Assembly: GCF_964204865.1 (NCBI RefSeq)
Contig: NC_135256.1
Coordinates: 11,842,001 to 11,906,000, forward strand
DNA from: Styela clava
Lineage: Eukaryota
Reading direction: 5' to 3'
Length of the DNA: 64,000 nt
In this document: positions 24,862-38,000 of the stretch, piece by piece
How positions within the stretch are numbered: position 1 is the stretch's first letter
Layout: each line of letters begins with the position of its first letter
Translations under genes and position numbers: made by a program
Notes under the pieces: model-generated
Told to the model about the DNA's origin: nothing
The model's input: the letters and a program-made list of their open reading frames with translations, nothing else
Databases searched by the model: none

Positions 24862-27210
24862 ATAAATATGAATTGCACTGTATATACACTCTTATGCCAT
24901 TGTTCTTGTGCTATCGTTGAAGAATAAGATTAAAAAAAGCCCTCGAGTCCTTCTAAGGCGTGGCATCGCAACATGTAATGTCCAATATGACAACAAGAAC
25001 AAATGGTGCCATCAAGGGTATATATATGTTGAATTGACTGTGGATACGTGTCGGGGTGCCATCTCCATGATCACCTATTCATACCAGGGTCTGGCATGTT
25101 TTCACGAGAGTCGTTTTGCAAACTTTTCACAACACTGATTTGCGCCATCTTTGTTTCTATAATTTTGTACATGATTTTTGAAATGCGAGTTTATATATGG
25201 GCGTAAAACACTTTTGTTTCTCCTATAGTTCAAAGTATGCCATATAAAATAGTTTTTGCTTTCAATTTCCGAATAAATAAACTAAGAATTGCACTGTATA
25301 TACACTCTTATGCATTGTTCTCGTGCCATCGTTGAAAATCAAGAGAAAATAGTTTTTTTTTGTTTGTTTCACAAGCCCTCGGCGCCCTTGTAATTATTTT
25401 TTTTTTGTGATAATGTTCATATTCTCTTTAAGTCCGTGGGCAATGGGCATCGAACCTATAATATAACGCTCGACTAAAAAACGTCTCGCCGCAAATTACC
25501 ACCCGCTTTAAAAGTAAGAACAAATGAATGGTGCCATCGAGTAAATGTACTTATTGGAATCGCCGTGGGTAAGTGTCGCGTTATCATCACCACGGTCGCC
25601 TATCCAAACCAGGGTCCTGGGGTCGAGGTTGGCATGTTTTCACGTGAGTCGTATTCACATTTCAAGCACGCATTTTGTGAGGGTTGATCAATGTCGCAGT
25701 GAGAATAAAAATATCGAACACTCTATGACTCTGCTTTTTGTATTACAAAATGGTAGATATCGCCTAGTGGGGAGACACCCATTTTATCGGGACAAAGTTT
25801 CTTGATATCCCACAAAGCAAGAAAGTTAAATGCATGGTGTTTCCTCGCCATGAATTCCTTGCGCAAATATGAATTTGCAAGAATGTGGTATAGGGGAATA
25901 AACCCTATCTGCGTGTCCGCACTTCCGTGTTATTGAATTGATGCAAAATGTTCGTATACTGGAAAGTTTCACAATCCAAATACAGATATATTGAAATACA
26001 CTTAAACTTAACGCAGATGTTGTGATGAAACCAAATTTCTAACTAACAAAGAACGAATGCTTGGGCGTGGGAAAATATCATAAAAGGTTTGAATTAGATC
26101 AGGGTGGTCCAAGGTTTTCGGCTCCGAGGGCCACAAAATTATATTTGCATTGTTCGCGGGCCACAATAGCGTCAACAAATAGGTAAACAAGGCAATACAA
26201 AACAAACACTATCGCTCAACTTCGCTAGTTGCCCCATACAGCCATACGACTAGTCTATTCAGTAACATTAGTGATGTAATTCTGGTTAATTTTATGACGA
26301 AACAATACCAAATACGATTTTTTGATTACTCTCCGACTGCGACGGGGGCCACAAATAATGAGGCTGTGGGCCTGGGTTTGGACCACCCTGAATTAGATCA
26401 ACAACCTTGTTTCAGGCAAATAACATGCACTATTAACAATACGTGGTGAAGAATATTAAAATATCGTACACAGTAACTATCCTACTGTCCTCATGTACTC
26501 GCTACAGTGGGATGCAGTTGATTATTCTTGAACTTTGCGGAAATGAAACCGTGCTAAAATACGCTTTACGTTTTAGATCGATTTCATTTAAAATTCTCGT
26601 TCAGAATATTATCATCAAGACCGAAATACCAGGTCCACATGGCACCCATAAGCATCCATTTTTATCCCGCCGATTTATATCTATGTCTCCGTTCGCACGA
26701 GTCGTCGTCAAGGATGGTGTTTATTTGCGTTCCAAGTTGTTCTTGCAGATTGCTAAAAAGATTTGTAAGATAAGCTCGTCATAATATTTTCACGCAACTC
26801 ACCTTGTGACGATTTGTTTTTTATACAGTAGGTATTTATAAAATGCTGCGCTCAAGTCTGTTAAAGCTCAACTCAAATTTTATCAGATGAATGTCGAAAC
26901 GCATAAAAGGGAAATATTACGAGACAGGCACATTTTTGCAATTGTTATAAATATGAATTGCACTGTATATACACTCTTATGCCATTGTTCTTGTGCTATC
27001 GTTTAAGAATAAGATAAAAAAAAAGCCCTCGCGTCCTTCTAAGGCGTTGCATCGCAACACGTAATGTCCAATATGACAACAAGAACAAATGGTGCCATCA
27101 AGGGTATATATATGTTGGATTGACTGTGGTTACGTGTCGGGGTGCCATCTTCATGATCACCTATTCATACCAGGGTCTGGCATGTTTTCACGAGAGTCGT
27201 TTTGCAAAAT
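24862..27210 (+). repeat. Three dispersed copies of a ~260-bp unit
   Basis: GAATTGCACTGTATATACACTCTTATGC...GGTGCCATC...GGCATGTTTTCACG at ~24862-25122 and ~26947-27209 (near-identical) and ~25286-25655 (diverged, with insertions). Confidence 0.85.
26100..26390. mobile_element. hAT-type MITE, 291 bp
   Basis: Perfect TIR CAGGGTGGTCCAA / TTGGACCACCCTG and perfect 8-bp TSD AATTAGAT (26092-26099 and 26391-26398). Confidence 0.92.
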
Positions 27211-28030
27211 GATCAGTTTTTGGATTAAACATGGTAGATACTGTGAATTACATACGTTTTACGAATGTGAGGTTTTCAGGACTGATGGATTTAATTCAAT
27301 TGAAAAATGCCCTGTCATAATCACGTTTCTGCGTGAGGTATGTCGCGCTATAATGATGTCACAGCCTGCGTCATACATATAAATTTAAATCCGGATTACT
27401 TACTCTAGGATTATTTACTCTTAATGAAATAACAATTTTTTTATGTTTTCCTCAAAACCGATAAAATGACTTTCTTTACAATTTTGTTATTAGCGTGAAG
27501 GTATGCTATTGCCTGGCGCATTGTGCAAAATCAGAACGCAATGATTGCATTCTTAGAAGTGCATTTTTATTGTATAGATAGGGCGACTGACACAGGTATA
27601 ACAAAAACGAAATTGGCAAATTTCACGCCGATATAAGTTCAATAATTGATGACGAATATAACGTCATGTATATCATTTCCGAGTAAAAGCTATTGATTAG
27701 TTTACAGTGTGCGGTTTCAAGAACCTGGCCTCGAGTAAATTGACTCATTAGCTTTGAGATTAGCAGATTTGCCAGCGTTAATTTAACCTCAATACGTAAT
27801 ACCCGGAGGACAATAAAATTCAGCAATCTAATAATGGGAAATGTATGTACACATATAGTTTCACGTGAAACGTGAAAGTACTTGATAGTAAGATATTCAA
27901 AGTAGCAAGCAGGGTGTCAGAGGAATAGCAGTCCGACCTTAATTTCTTAAGCCCGAGCCCATATAAAAGAAATTTATTTAGAAGCTACAATTATTCGGGA
28001 GCTCATTTATATTGCACAAGTTAGTTAGAG

Positions 28031-28165
28031 TATATAAATGACCCAGGTCAAGTGTCAATCATCGTCGGGCCACTGAGTGAAATTTTGACTTCTGCAGGTT
28101 GAGATGTTGTAACTTGTTGTTTGATTTGAATTATAAAACCGAGTTGTCCCTTTTTCTGATCAGGT
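28031..28165 (+). promoter_or_regulatory. Putative TATA box and non-coding first exon of the kinase gene
   Basis: TATATAAA at 28031 and donor CAG|GTAATG at 28163/28164. A strong acceptor TTTTTTTTTCAG lies at 29022, 26 nt before the ATG. Confidence 0.4.
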
Positions 28166-29048
28166 AATGTTTCCTCTATTTAGTTCGTACACAAACGTTT
28201 AATGCCTGCAATGCATCATGGCGATACGAATCTTAAGTAAGTATGAACCCTAAATCATTATGTGGAATTTTGCACGCTGAATCAAATTCTTGTTGTGCAT
28301 TATTCCATATTTAGTTTCAACTAATGTTGGAGAAATTACTTCTTACACTCGAGATATCTACCGAGACACGATATGAATTATTCGGCTAGCATTTGATATT
28401 CCTTGAGGAGTTGGCCTAGTGAGAAAGTAGGCTCATTTCATATGTCGTAGGGTAAAGTCAGTATAGACGACTGTGTGTTAATTTCACAAAATTGCACGGA
28501 AAGGCAAATAGAAAGATATCATGTATCACAATATCGCGTCTGTAATTTTGCATATAAAAATTTGACCGTCAGTGTTCTACGCATTGTTAAACTTACCGAT
28601 CGCTGCACGATGCATTTACAATGGTCGTCGTGGGGATGTACTACTTCATTGATCCAATATTTAATCATATTCCAATATCTCTATAATTTATTTTGGCAGA
28701 AATATTCATTGAAAAGCTAATAAGTGCAAATTTTCATGTGAGCAAGTTTTGCTATGGTAAATAGTAACTAAACAGGCTTAAATCTGTGTGATCGCAAATT
28801 TATATGCATGTACTTAATTCTACGTTAATAAATACGATCGAAGCCAGATAACATTTTTATCCGAGTTCGTCTGTGTTTAGGTTTTATTAGATTAAGAGAG
28901 TAAACGAGACGTCACCTGTTGCCTCGAAGAATATTTTTGAAATATTTTCATACGCCGTTCGTACCAGACGACAAATGTTTGATATTATCTTTTGATTCAA
29001 CTCTAAAACATTTTTTTTTCAGGTGCTCAAAGCAAATTGGTCGTAAAA

Positions 29049-32000
29049 ATGCTATCGATATTACATAAATTAATTATTTTGGTTGGGATGACTAGTGCTA
29101 TCATTTTATGCCTGCTTGGGTCTTCCGTAAATTTGGTCAAGAGAGAAGAAGCAAAGCATAGAATTTTACGTGAAGCAGCAATAAAGAAAGAAGACAGTTT
29201 TGATCAAAAGTATTTATCTCCGTATACTCAGGTTATAACGAGTCCCACTGTTCTTAAAACAACAAAACTAGTGCAGATATCTCATCCAACTACCTCAAGG
29301 AAAATGAATACTGAACAACAGGATTACTTTCTTAAAGACGTGAATGAAGACACGATGAGAACATTTAACATAGGATGTAATGAATTACGAAAATTACTGG
29401 ATGAAGCTAAAAAAGAATTTTCGAAAACTTACAGGTAAACATTTTGATCTATCTTCATTTTAACAAATTTGGATACTGATATTATTTATCCAACTTCAAT
29501 GGGGTCATTTCTTGACATATGTATAGGACTTGACTTTTTATTTTTAATTATTGTTCAGATACTTTTACCTCTCAATTAAACACACGTACATATTAATTAA
29601 ACACTTCGAGTTTAGAATACGAAAGCTATTTGAATAAGAAAACTGTTGAATTATACCTTTCAAGTCAACTAATCTCATTTATTTCTTTAAGAACGGAGAA
29701 TAAATACGGCAACAGAGGAATTTATTTTGCAAAAACAATGAATAACGGTCCGATTGTCTTAAAAATTGCAACAATTCAAAATCAGTCGGATGCAATAGAA
29801 ATTTACAGGTATAAGAAAGGATCTAATGACACAGCTAAAATGTGATTTTAATGCTTGTCCATTATGGGAATAAAACTGAACACTCCAGAGTAAAAGGGCA
29901 GCAATGGTACAGAATAATTTTGTATGCACGGATCCAACAGTTACCTAACTAGATTACATCATTCTTAATAGTTTTATTATGTGTACATTAACAAGTTTTG
30001 AATATATCGTCATCTTTATTTAGATATAACTCGGCGCTGAGAGAGATAAGGCTTTTGCAAGATTTACAAGAATTCGGATTTGCAGGTTCACCCCAGGTTT
30101 GGGGCAGTTGTGTGTCTTCAAATCATGTCATATATGCTGTGACACGTTTTGTTGATTCTGAACCACTGTGTGCAGGAAATGGTACAGACATGAGTTGTGC
30201 TATGGCACAAAATGTCGTTCAGAAAATAAAGATATCGCAATCTCCAGGAACAGCTGCTTTAAAATTTTTAGAAAAGGTATGAAATTCAGGTATTTAATTG
30301 AATTTTACACCTAATTGTGTTCGAATTTTACGAAATTGACAATGAAAAATGCATTAGATATTCATTGCGATATGTTTGACAGGTCAATGACTCGATGCAT
30401 TCAATGATCAATAAACCATAATACCCAGATAGTTGTGAAAAAAAGTTGCGATTCACTGATTTGAAATGCGGTTGGCGTTGAATTGAAACGTTAGAAGTTC
30501 TTATTTCATATTTATTTTAGTAACTTTTCATGTTGAGCGCTTGGGCAATGGAGAGAAGTGTGCGTCTTGTGAACGGCGGACCCAATTTAATTAATGAACT
30601 GAAATTGGTTATTGCGTAAAATGCTTGCTATATTTACAGGCTACCTGTTTCTTCTCTCAGTTTGAAAAATATCGTATATTAATGGAAGATTTTTCAGGAT
30701 CAAATTTTCATATTTCTCCAAAAACTCTCGATTTTTATCTCGTTGATGCCGATTCATTAATTTTCTATGAAAATGTCCCTTTATTATCCAGGTTTGTGCA
30801 ATGATGTTACCACATTATTTTTTAATTCAATTTAAATATCCTACCGGATATCTCCATATTTGTTTACCTCTGATATATAAAATAGCATTACTGTATTCAT
30901 TTATTGCGAAATCTGCTTAAGCGTGATACGCACATACTGAGCCTAACCTCACAAAAAGTTTTAAGAGATTCACTCTCAAAGATTCAAAATCCAAAACAAT
31001 AAAACAGAAATGTTTTGAGTAATTGAGTAAAAATCTTTGAGTTTAAAAAAACGAATGTAGTACAAAACTTAAGTAGTTGAACTCGCCGTCAAAAAGTCAA
31101 TTAAATAATATGCTATTACCGACATCTGATATTTATTCATTATACGAAATTGATATCTACAATAATTAGCATATATCTGACGTCAGCTTCTGTCCAATTA
31201 TTGAAAAAGAGGTTTATGGATTATTGCAACTCTATTACATATTAGATTAAAACGAAAACATTGCCCGATTTATTCATTCAATTAATATTATAAAATGTGA
31301 ATCGCAGATGAAGCCGCGTTTTTGTTGCAAAGTATCAACAGCAAAGTATCTAAAAACCAACTAGATTAAGTTTATTGATGATACATTACAACTATTTTGG
31401 TTGTCAGTGTTACTTGATTTTAAAATAAAATGCAGTAATTCTCACAAACAGTTTTAAAAATTGATACTTTCAGCTCAATAAAATAATAACATTATTATTT
31501 CCAAAACTTCATTTCCCAAATATCGCAGAACTGATATAATTATAAGTATTATATTTAAAAAGCCTGATAATAAGCTAATTTTGGCAAAATATTTACAAGA
31601 AGTAATACGTGATAATAATGTCTATTACAGAATGTCTTGTCACAAAGATTCAGACTGCCCAAAACCCTCAGGCAACTTATGGCCATCACACGCACTCAAT
31701 AGAAAAATATATTACGGCTGTGGAGAAATGTACGGAATTTGTCGTAATAATACATGCCAGTAAGTGGAAAGTTTTGGTGGTAATTTTAAGATTATCGAAG
31801 TCGCGGTTAATTTGAAACGAAAATTATGGGAGTGTTCAAGAAATAGTCACATTGTTTGTACTCAAAATTTACGAGGAAAAAAGGAAATTAATCCATACTT
31901 GAAACGACCAATGTTCATGAGTCATGACATTCTCTTAGGTCTTAAAAATTACATGAGAATTTGCCTATTAAAATAAATTATTGCAAATATTCCATTGTGA

Positions 32001-32251
32001 TTTCTTTGTGAAGCTAATGTTTCCCCGTTTTTTTCATCACAAGGGGTATTGGATCTGAACTTCATACATGTGGCGTTGGTAGATGGTTGGTTACAGCTGT
32101 CAGAAGCTTCATTCCAGTTGAAGTTTACAATGAATATCGTAAATTAAAAGAATGTATGAGCGAAAGTAACCCACTCCGAAGATGCAGTGCCCATTATTCA
32201 TGCTCTGCAGCTAAGTTTATACTGAATAAATACATTACGCGGGCAGATTGA
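29049..32251 (+). CDS. PKDCC/VLK-like (POMK/DIPK-related) secretory-pathway kinase, 6 coding exons, 414 aa
   Basis: Exons 29049-29434, 29692-29808, 30024-30276, 30640-30791, 31631-31759 and 32044-32251 (1245 nt, in phase). N-terminal signal anchor, IGCNEL, IVLK, LREIRLL, VWGSC, catalytic-loop EDFSGSNF, LVDAD and C-x4-DC...C-x4-CQG insert parallel PKDCC motifs (LGCAAL, VALK, KEMVLL, LYGYC, LDFRPRQF, TDLD). Confidence 0.8.
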
Positions 32252-32899
32252 ATTTGATATAACACTCAATCTTCAATTCGAAGCAGAAGTCTCCTAATCT
32301 TAGAAATAGGAGCTGGATGTCAAGCTTTGATCTACTTCAAATCTGTACAAGGCAACATCAACGATATATAATATGTAGCAAGTGGCAATATTTGAATGTA
32401 ATCTGTCATTATACTTTAGACGGTTTCTAGCTGAATGGTGAACCCCATTTATAGATTGCGTTCAGAAGTGTACTCAATTGGAAGATGACCGTTTGAAAGG
32501 AAAAAATGCGGAACTTTTAATCCTTCTGTTTACAATACTATAACTTGCTATTTTAAAATTTTTGAAAATATTTTTTCAATGAATATGCACACAATAAATA
32601 TTAAAATTTCTCACTCTTTCTCTTTTTTTGTGATAATTTACTGATGCATTTCTTGACATTGATGACTAAATTATAAAGTGTAAAATATTATTCACCTTAA
32701 ATCCTGCATTGCCCAAATACTCAAGTCCAGCATGAGAATTATGTGTATATTTTGAAGGCTGCAATGATAGATTTACATATAAGCACGAGAGACTAAAACA
32801 GAGATTAAATATCATAAAACCCAGAAGTATTTAGTCGTTTCAGTTTTCAGGTCTATTTTTATTTACATCTAACAACTAGTCTGATGAAGCTTGTACTGG

Positions 32900-35080
32900 T
32901 ATTTCTATTCACTTCCAAGCATGACTATATTCATCTTAACCATTATCGGAGATAACTTTTTACAATGCCTAATCAAAAGGAGGTCAACTGTGATGTAGCA
33001 ATTGAAATTTGGACAGCTGTTTGAACATCTTGGGACAAAATGGTGACGAATGAGACATATTGCACGCGAAATCTCGCTTCGAATAAGCAATAGAAAATTT
33101 GCAATGAAAAAGTATCACCAGGAAAACATCTAATGATCCATAAGCTAATTTGAACAAAATGGCAAAGTCATTTTAGCTCAAATCTATGTTGCACACCATA
33201 ACTAATAAAACACTAACTAATAACTATAGATAGGTTTAGTATCTAATATGAAATCATCATTTTTTACGTAATAAGTTTTCTTGCACTACACAATAGTTTT
33301 TAAACTTCTAATTCTTGGCTGAATATGATACCAAGATTAGATCATGACTGATTATATGTTTCATCATCTGCCACTAATGCCATTTCATCAAAATTCAATG
33401 CAAATGTTCGCAGAACATTGCAACTGATGGTAAAATCAGAAGCAAGCCCAAGCCTGGTGAAACAATGGTACCGGCATTCGTGGAAGTCACGTATCCTTTC
33501 AGCGACAAAGTCCTGATATTTACCTTCCCATTTTGTAGCTTTTCTACCGCAGTGAGTTTTGCTTTATCTCTTCCTGAAAGATATTGGCTGATTAATTTTC
33601 TACCCTAAATTTAGGTATACCTGAGAGAAGGGTTTATCGAAGTATTTTTCACTCTCCAGCCTGACTATATTTACAATAACCATTATCGAAGACAACGTTT
33701 TACAATCCCTCATCAAAAGGAGGTCAACTGTGACGCAACAGTTAAAATTTAAACAGCTGCTGGAACATTTTGGGACAAAATGGTGACCAGTTGGACAGTT
33801 TGAACGCGAAACTCGCCAAGATACTCTTTGAATGGATGTTTCCCCGATCATCGATTTCTTTGTTTATTTCTGTAACAATGACTAATCAGCAAAAAGTAAA
33901 CGATGACGTAACAAGGGCCATTTTTGCAGCCGCTCAGACACTTCGTTCGCTCAGACAGATATACAAGCATGGTTGTAAATATTGCCTAATTTTCGTGGTT
34001 TTGTGTGTTCTTTGTCAGATTTCAGTTGTGTGTCCAAAAATTAGTTGTAAATGAAGTGATCTAATTGCCCTTATGTCTTACGAGATTTAATTTAGTTGCA
34101 GTGATAGACAAAATAGTCCCAGAAAAGCTGCGATAAACTATGCTATCGCTATCCGTACCTGTCAGCGGTATATCTGGTTGTATATTTTATTAGAAATGAT
34201 GGTTTTGATCAAGTAACTCAGTTTGTGAGTGCCAACTCTCTAAAACACTCGAAGAATAAGCATCCAAAATTTGCAATAGTAAAAGGTGAGTTTTTCTGAG
34301 GTCAAGGGTCGGAGAAACATCCATGAGCAATAAAAATTTCGCAATGACGAACTATCGAGATCAATCACCGGGCAAAAATGTAATCCATCTCTATGAGGTG
34401 AAAAACGTGAAAAATAAAGGGAAGATTTGGATAGTAAATAGTCTGAGTTTCAAAAGATATAGCACGTTTAAACGTACTTTTATATAATTATAGACTAGAT
34501 TTAAATATAACCTAATAACTTTTGAAATGACAACAAACATTTGATAGTTGGTTTTTAATATTCTTTAAAAATGAGGTACAATGATATAGAAAAAAAGGTT
34601 GCAAAGCTAACTTGAACAGAATGGAAAACTCATATAGCTAGAGAGAATCATATAATGAGCAAACTTGGACTAGTAAATCTCTTTCATACATTCGAGATAT
34701 TAGCTCAAATGAAATCATGAATTTTAACGTGATATGTTTTTCTTGCATTACGCAATAGTTTATAAACCACTAATTCATGGCTGATTATGATACCAAGAAT
34801 TAGATCATGACTGATTATATGTTCCATCATCTCTGCCAATAATGCCATTTCATTAAAATTTTAATGCAAATGTTCGAGGAACAATGCAACTGATGGTAAA
34901 ATCAGAATAAAGCCCAAGCCTGGTGCTGCAGTGGTACCGGCATCCGTAAAATATCCGCATCCTTTTGGCGACAAAGTTCCGATATTTATCCTTCCATTTT
35001 GTAGTTTTTCTAACGCAATAGGACATGCTTTGCCTCTTCCTAAAAAAATATTGGCGGATTACTTTTCTACCCTAAATTTA
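32900..35080. repeat. Local tandem duplication covering the last exon, 3'UTR and downstream flank of the SOD-repeat gene
   Basis: ~32900-33060 matches ~33640-33810, and ~33250-33612 matches ~34710-35080. Confidence 0.85.
33395..33573 (-). other. Duplicated copy of the terminal coding exon of the SOD-repeat gene (intact frame)
   Basis: Acceptor CTTTCAG, same phase and same 179-nt length as 35039-34861. Encodes GRDKAKLTAVEKLQNGKVNIRTLSLKGYVTSTNAGTIVSPGLGLLLILPSVAMFCEHLH*. Confidence 0.75.
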
Positions 35081-38000
35081 GATACATCTCGAAGTATTAT
35101 ATATAATTGTAACATATCAGAAAAAATCCGATATCCTAATATCTTTGTTTTTTATATTCGGCTGAATAATAATCCACTCTTGAGAATATATGGACTATTT
35201 TACAATGTGACAGAGAGGATTTTGAACGAAAATAATTTACGAATACGAAAGTAACTGGATCATCAAAAATATGACAATGTTATTAACGACATAGCAAGAC
35301 ACTAATACCACAACATACTTTCATAACCTTGCTAGTTTATAATCAACTAGCAAATAAATTTGAAGATATTATCTTCAACTATATGAATATTTATGCTAAT
35401 GCATTGCAAAAGAAACTTTTACCGAAAACAAGAAACGTCATATTTGTGCATCCTTTAGTTATCATATCCAATCTCTCAGCCGTGTGAATTTTTGATAACG
35501 GTACTCCCAATTCCTTTGACATTATAATTCTTGCATCAACTCTGAAATAATCAATATCTGCTATTTTCGTGCGTTTTTAATATTTATGTGAACGTAAATG
35601 TAAAAGTAGTAATCCAATTTAAAATTTTATTCGAACAAAAAATGAGTAACAAGATTGTATAAAGAGAGAATTTCATTCAACTCACAAATCTTTCAGATTC
35701 AGAAATTCAGGAAACTTCACTGGAATATTTACTATCTGTGCTCTTGTCATTCGCGTGTTCAGAATAATGTTAGCACAAGCCCGCCTAATTTTTGATTTAA
35801 AGCCTCCATGGACGTTGACAGAATGACCAATCACTGAAAAAAACAGAATTTATGTAGTATTATATATATATATATAAAGTTTTGTCCTATATATAAAGTC
35901 AAGCGACAGTGGGAACTGAATCAATGTTTTATTTAATGTATTATGTAACATGGAGGTTTCCGTGGACTCGTTAATGCGCTCTTGGTGCGCTTATAAAATG
36001 TTAGAAACTTTTTAATATAGGCTCTCGATATCACCTGTATAAGGTCCAACTACTGGAAGAAGAGGAACATTATAATATTTGATGACATTTTTTCCAACAC
36101 TTGTCAAAGTTGTCTTCGTACTAATGTCGCCGATCTCGCAATAATCAGGAGTGTTTCCGGAACAATAGGTTGTATAGTTGAGCTAAACATATGAAAAAAT
36201 ACAGAATCAAAAATCCCTTCCGTAAAATACTGAGTTCATATTTGTCAGCTGAAAAACCGTGATAACTGATAAGCATTCACAAAAATGAATACAAATATTT
36301 ATAAAAATTGAATCAAATCATAGTCACAACAGTGGTTATTAAGTCAAACTAAACTACCAAGTTACCCCATAAATACAGAAACTGTATGAAAACCTTCTTT
36401 TTCTATTGTTAAATAATAATGGTACATTACAATTTATTTACTCATAACGTTACAAGGGTGATCTTTATTCGTCGGTTCAGAATTTTGATATACAGCGATG
36501 TTGGAAAAAAATGCGACTAATAGCGATAAAACAGCGTTACCAGAAACAACAAAAAACAATGAACTGAAGATCTAATATCACCTGTTTTGTAATTCCAAAT
36601 GGTGCAAAATGCTTGTTGACAGAAGAACAAGATATGTTTGCTATTGGATCATGCTCAACATGCCACATGTGGTTTATAGTCTGAAATAAAGGGCCCAATA
36701 TGAGCATGATGTGCAAAAGAATGTGACATTTATTTCCTTTCTGTAAAAGTGTTATTTTTTTGATGCATTTTCACAATTTCGTTCCGTGCAGGGATATGAT
36801 ATGACCCCCCCCCCCAAGACTCTCAAACTCTTAAAGGGTCCGCTATCTGGTATGGCCTAACTTAAACCCATGCTACCAAATTTGCCGATTAAATCCTACC
36901 CCGCTCTAGTCACAAACTGTCTGGAATTCGTATTCCGCCATGGATAATTAACGCGTTTTTTATTGATCCCTTTTGTAAGCCCAATAAATATATTCGGGCT
37001 CAGATCGGATTGTACATATTTCTTACGACTGCACAAAAATATTATTCTCAATTCTATTTCTACGCAGCAAATACAAAAATCGAAATACGACTTACTGTGG
37101 TGTCGTTTGCAGGATGCTTCAATCTGACCATCACATTTGTCACTGGAAAACCATCCTGACTTGATGTTACTTTTTGTTTCTGAATAAAACTTTTTTATGT
37201 CAACCCATGTGACGAATGGCGTATGGAACGAATTATTTACCATGCCTTTTATTGGAATAAATTAGGCATAGGTATAGGCCCATTCATCCATCGCCACCTG
37301 GATGAGTTTCCTCCGTAAGGGGGCTGGCATATAGGCCGTGTTCTATCAAAGAATGCAAATAATATCTAAATTATATTAAAAGTAAGGAGGAAAATGATAA
37401 GGTTGATAAACATTACATCCCAGTTTAGTTAACCGTTTCGGTTCATTTGAAATTGGAAGTTCCGCACGCCTTAGTCGTGGAAAGATTTTGAAATTTGTAT
37501 TTTTACACACCATTCTAACAATTCCTTCGTAAACTCCTTTAAATACGGCATCTGCATATATATATTCGTCTTCAACTTCGCTTTCATCTGTTTTTGCTTT
37601 TCCCTCCTTTTTGCCATCTTTAGAGAATAATAGAATACGAATTTCAATTTTCAATAAAGGAAGTATCTAACGCTGAACAAAATTTTTTTCGAAATTTGAT
37701 AGTATTCCCTAAAAGTGTCAGAAAATATTTACATTCCAAAATTTCGTAAAATTACTTTTCTCGAATAAGATGCGATTTCGCAATTGTTGTAGTAAATTAT
37801 AAATTTTGGTATCCATCGAAAATAAATATTGAGTATATATCATGAATACGAGATAAATATAACATTAAAACGTCAAAAAATAGTAAATGCATTGAACAAA
37901 TATTTCGTTGGTACTGGGGAGATACACATTCCTACCATTATTGGCGCATGTCTTTCTAGAATCAGCCTTTTGAAGGATCTGGCCATCTATAGTGCAACCG

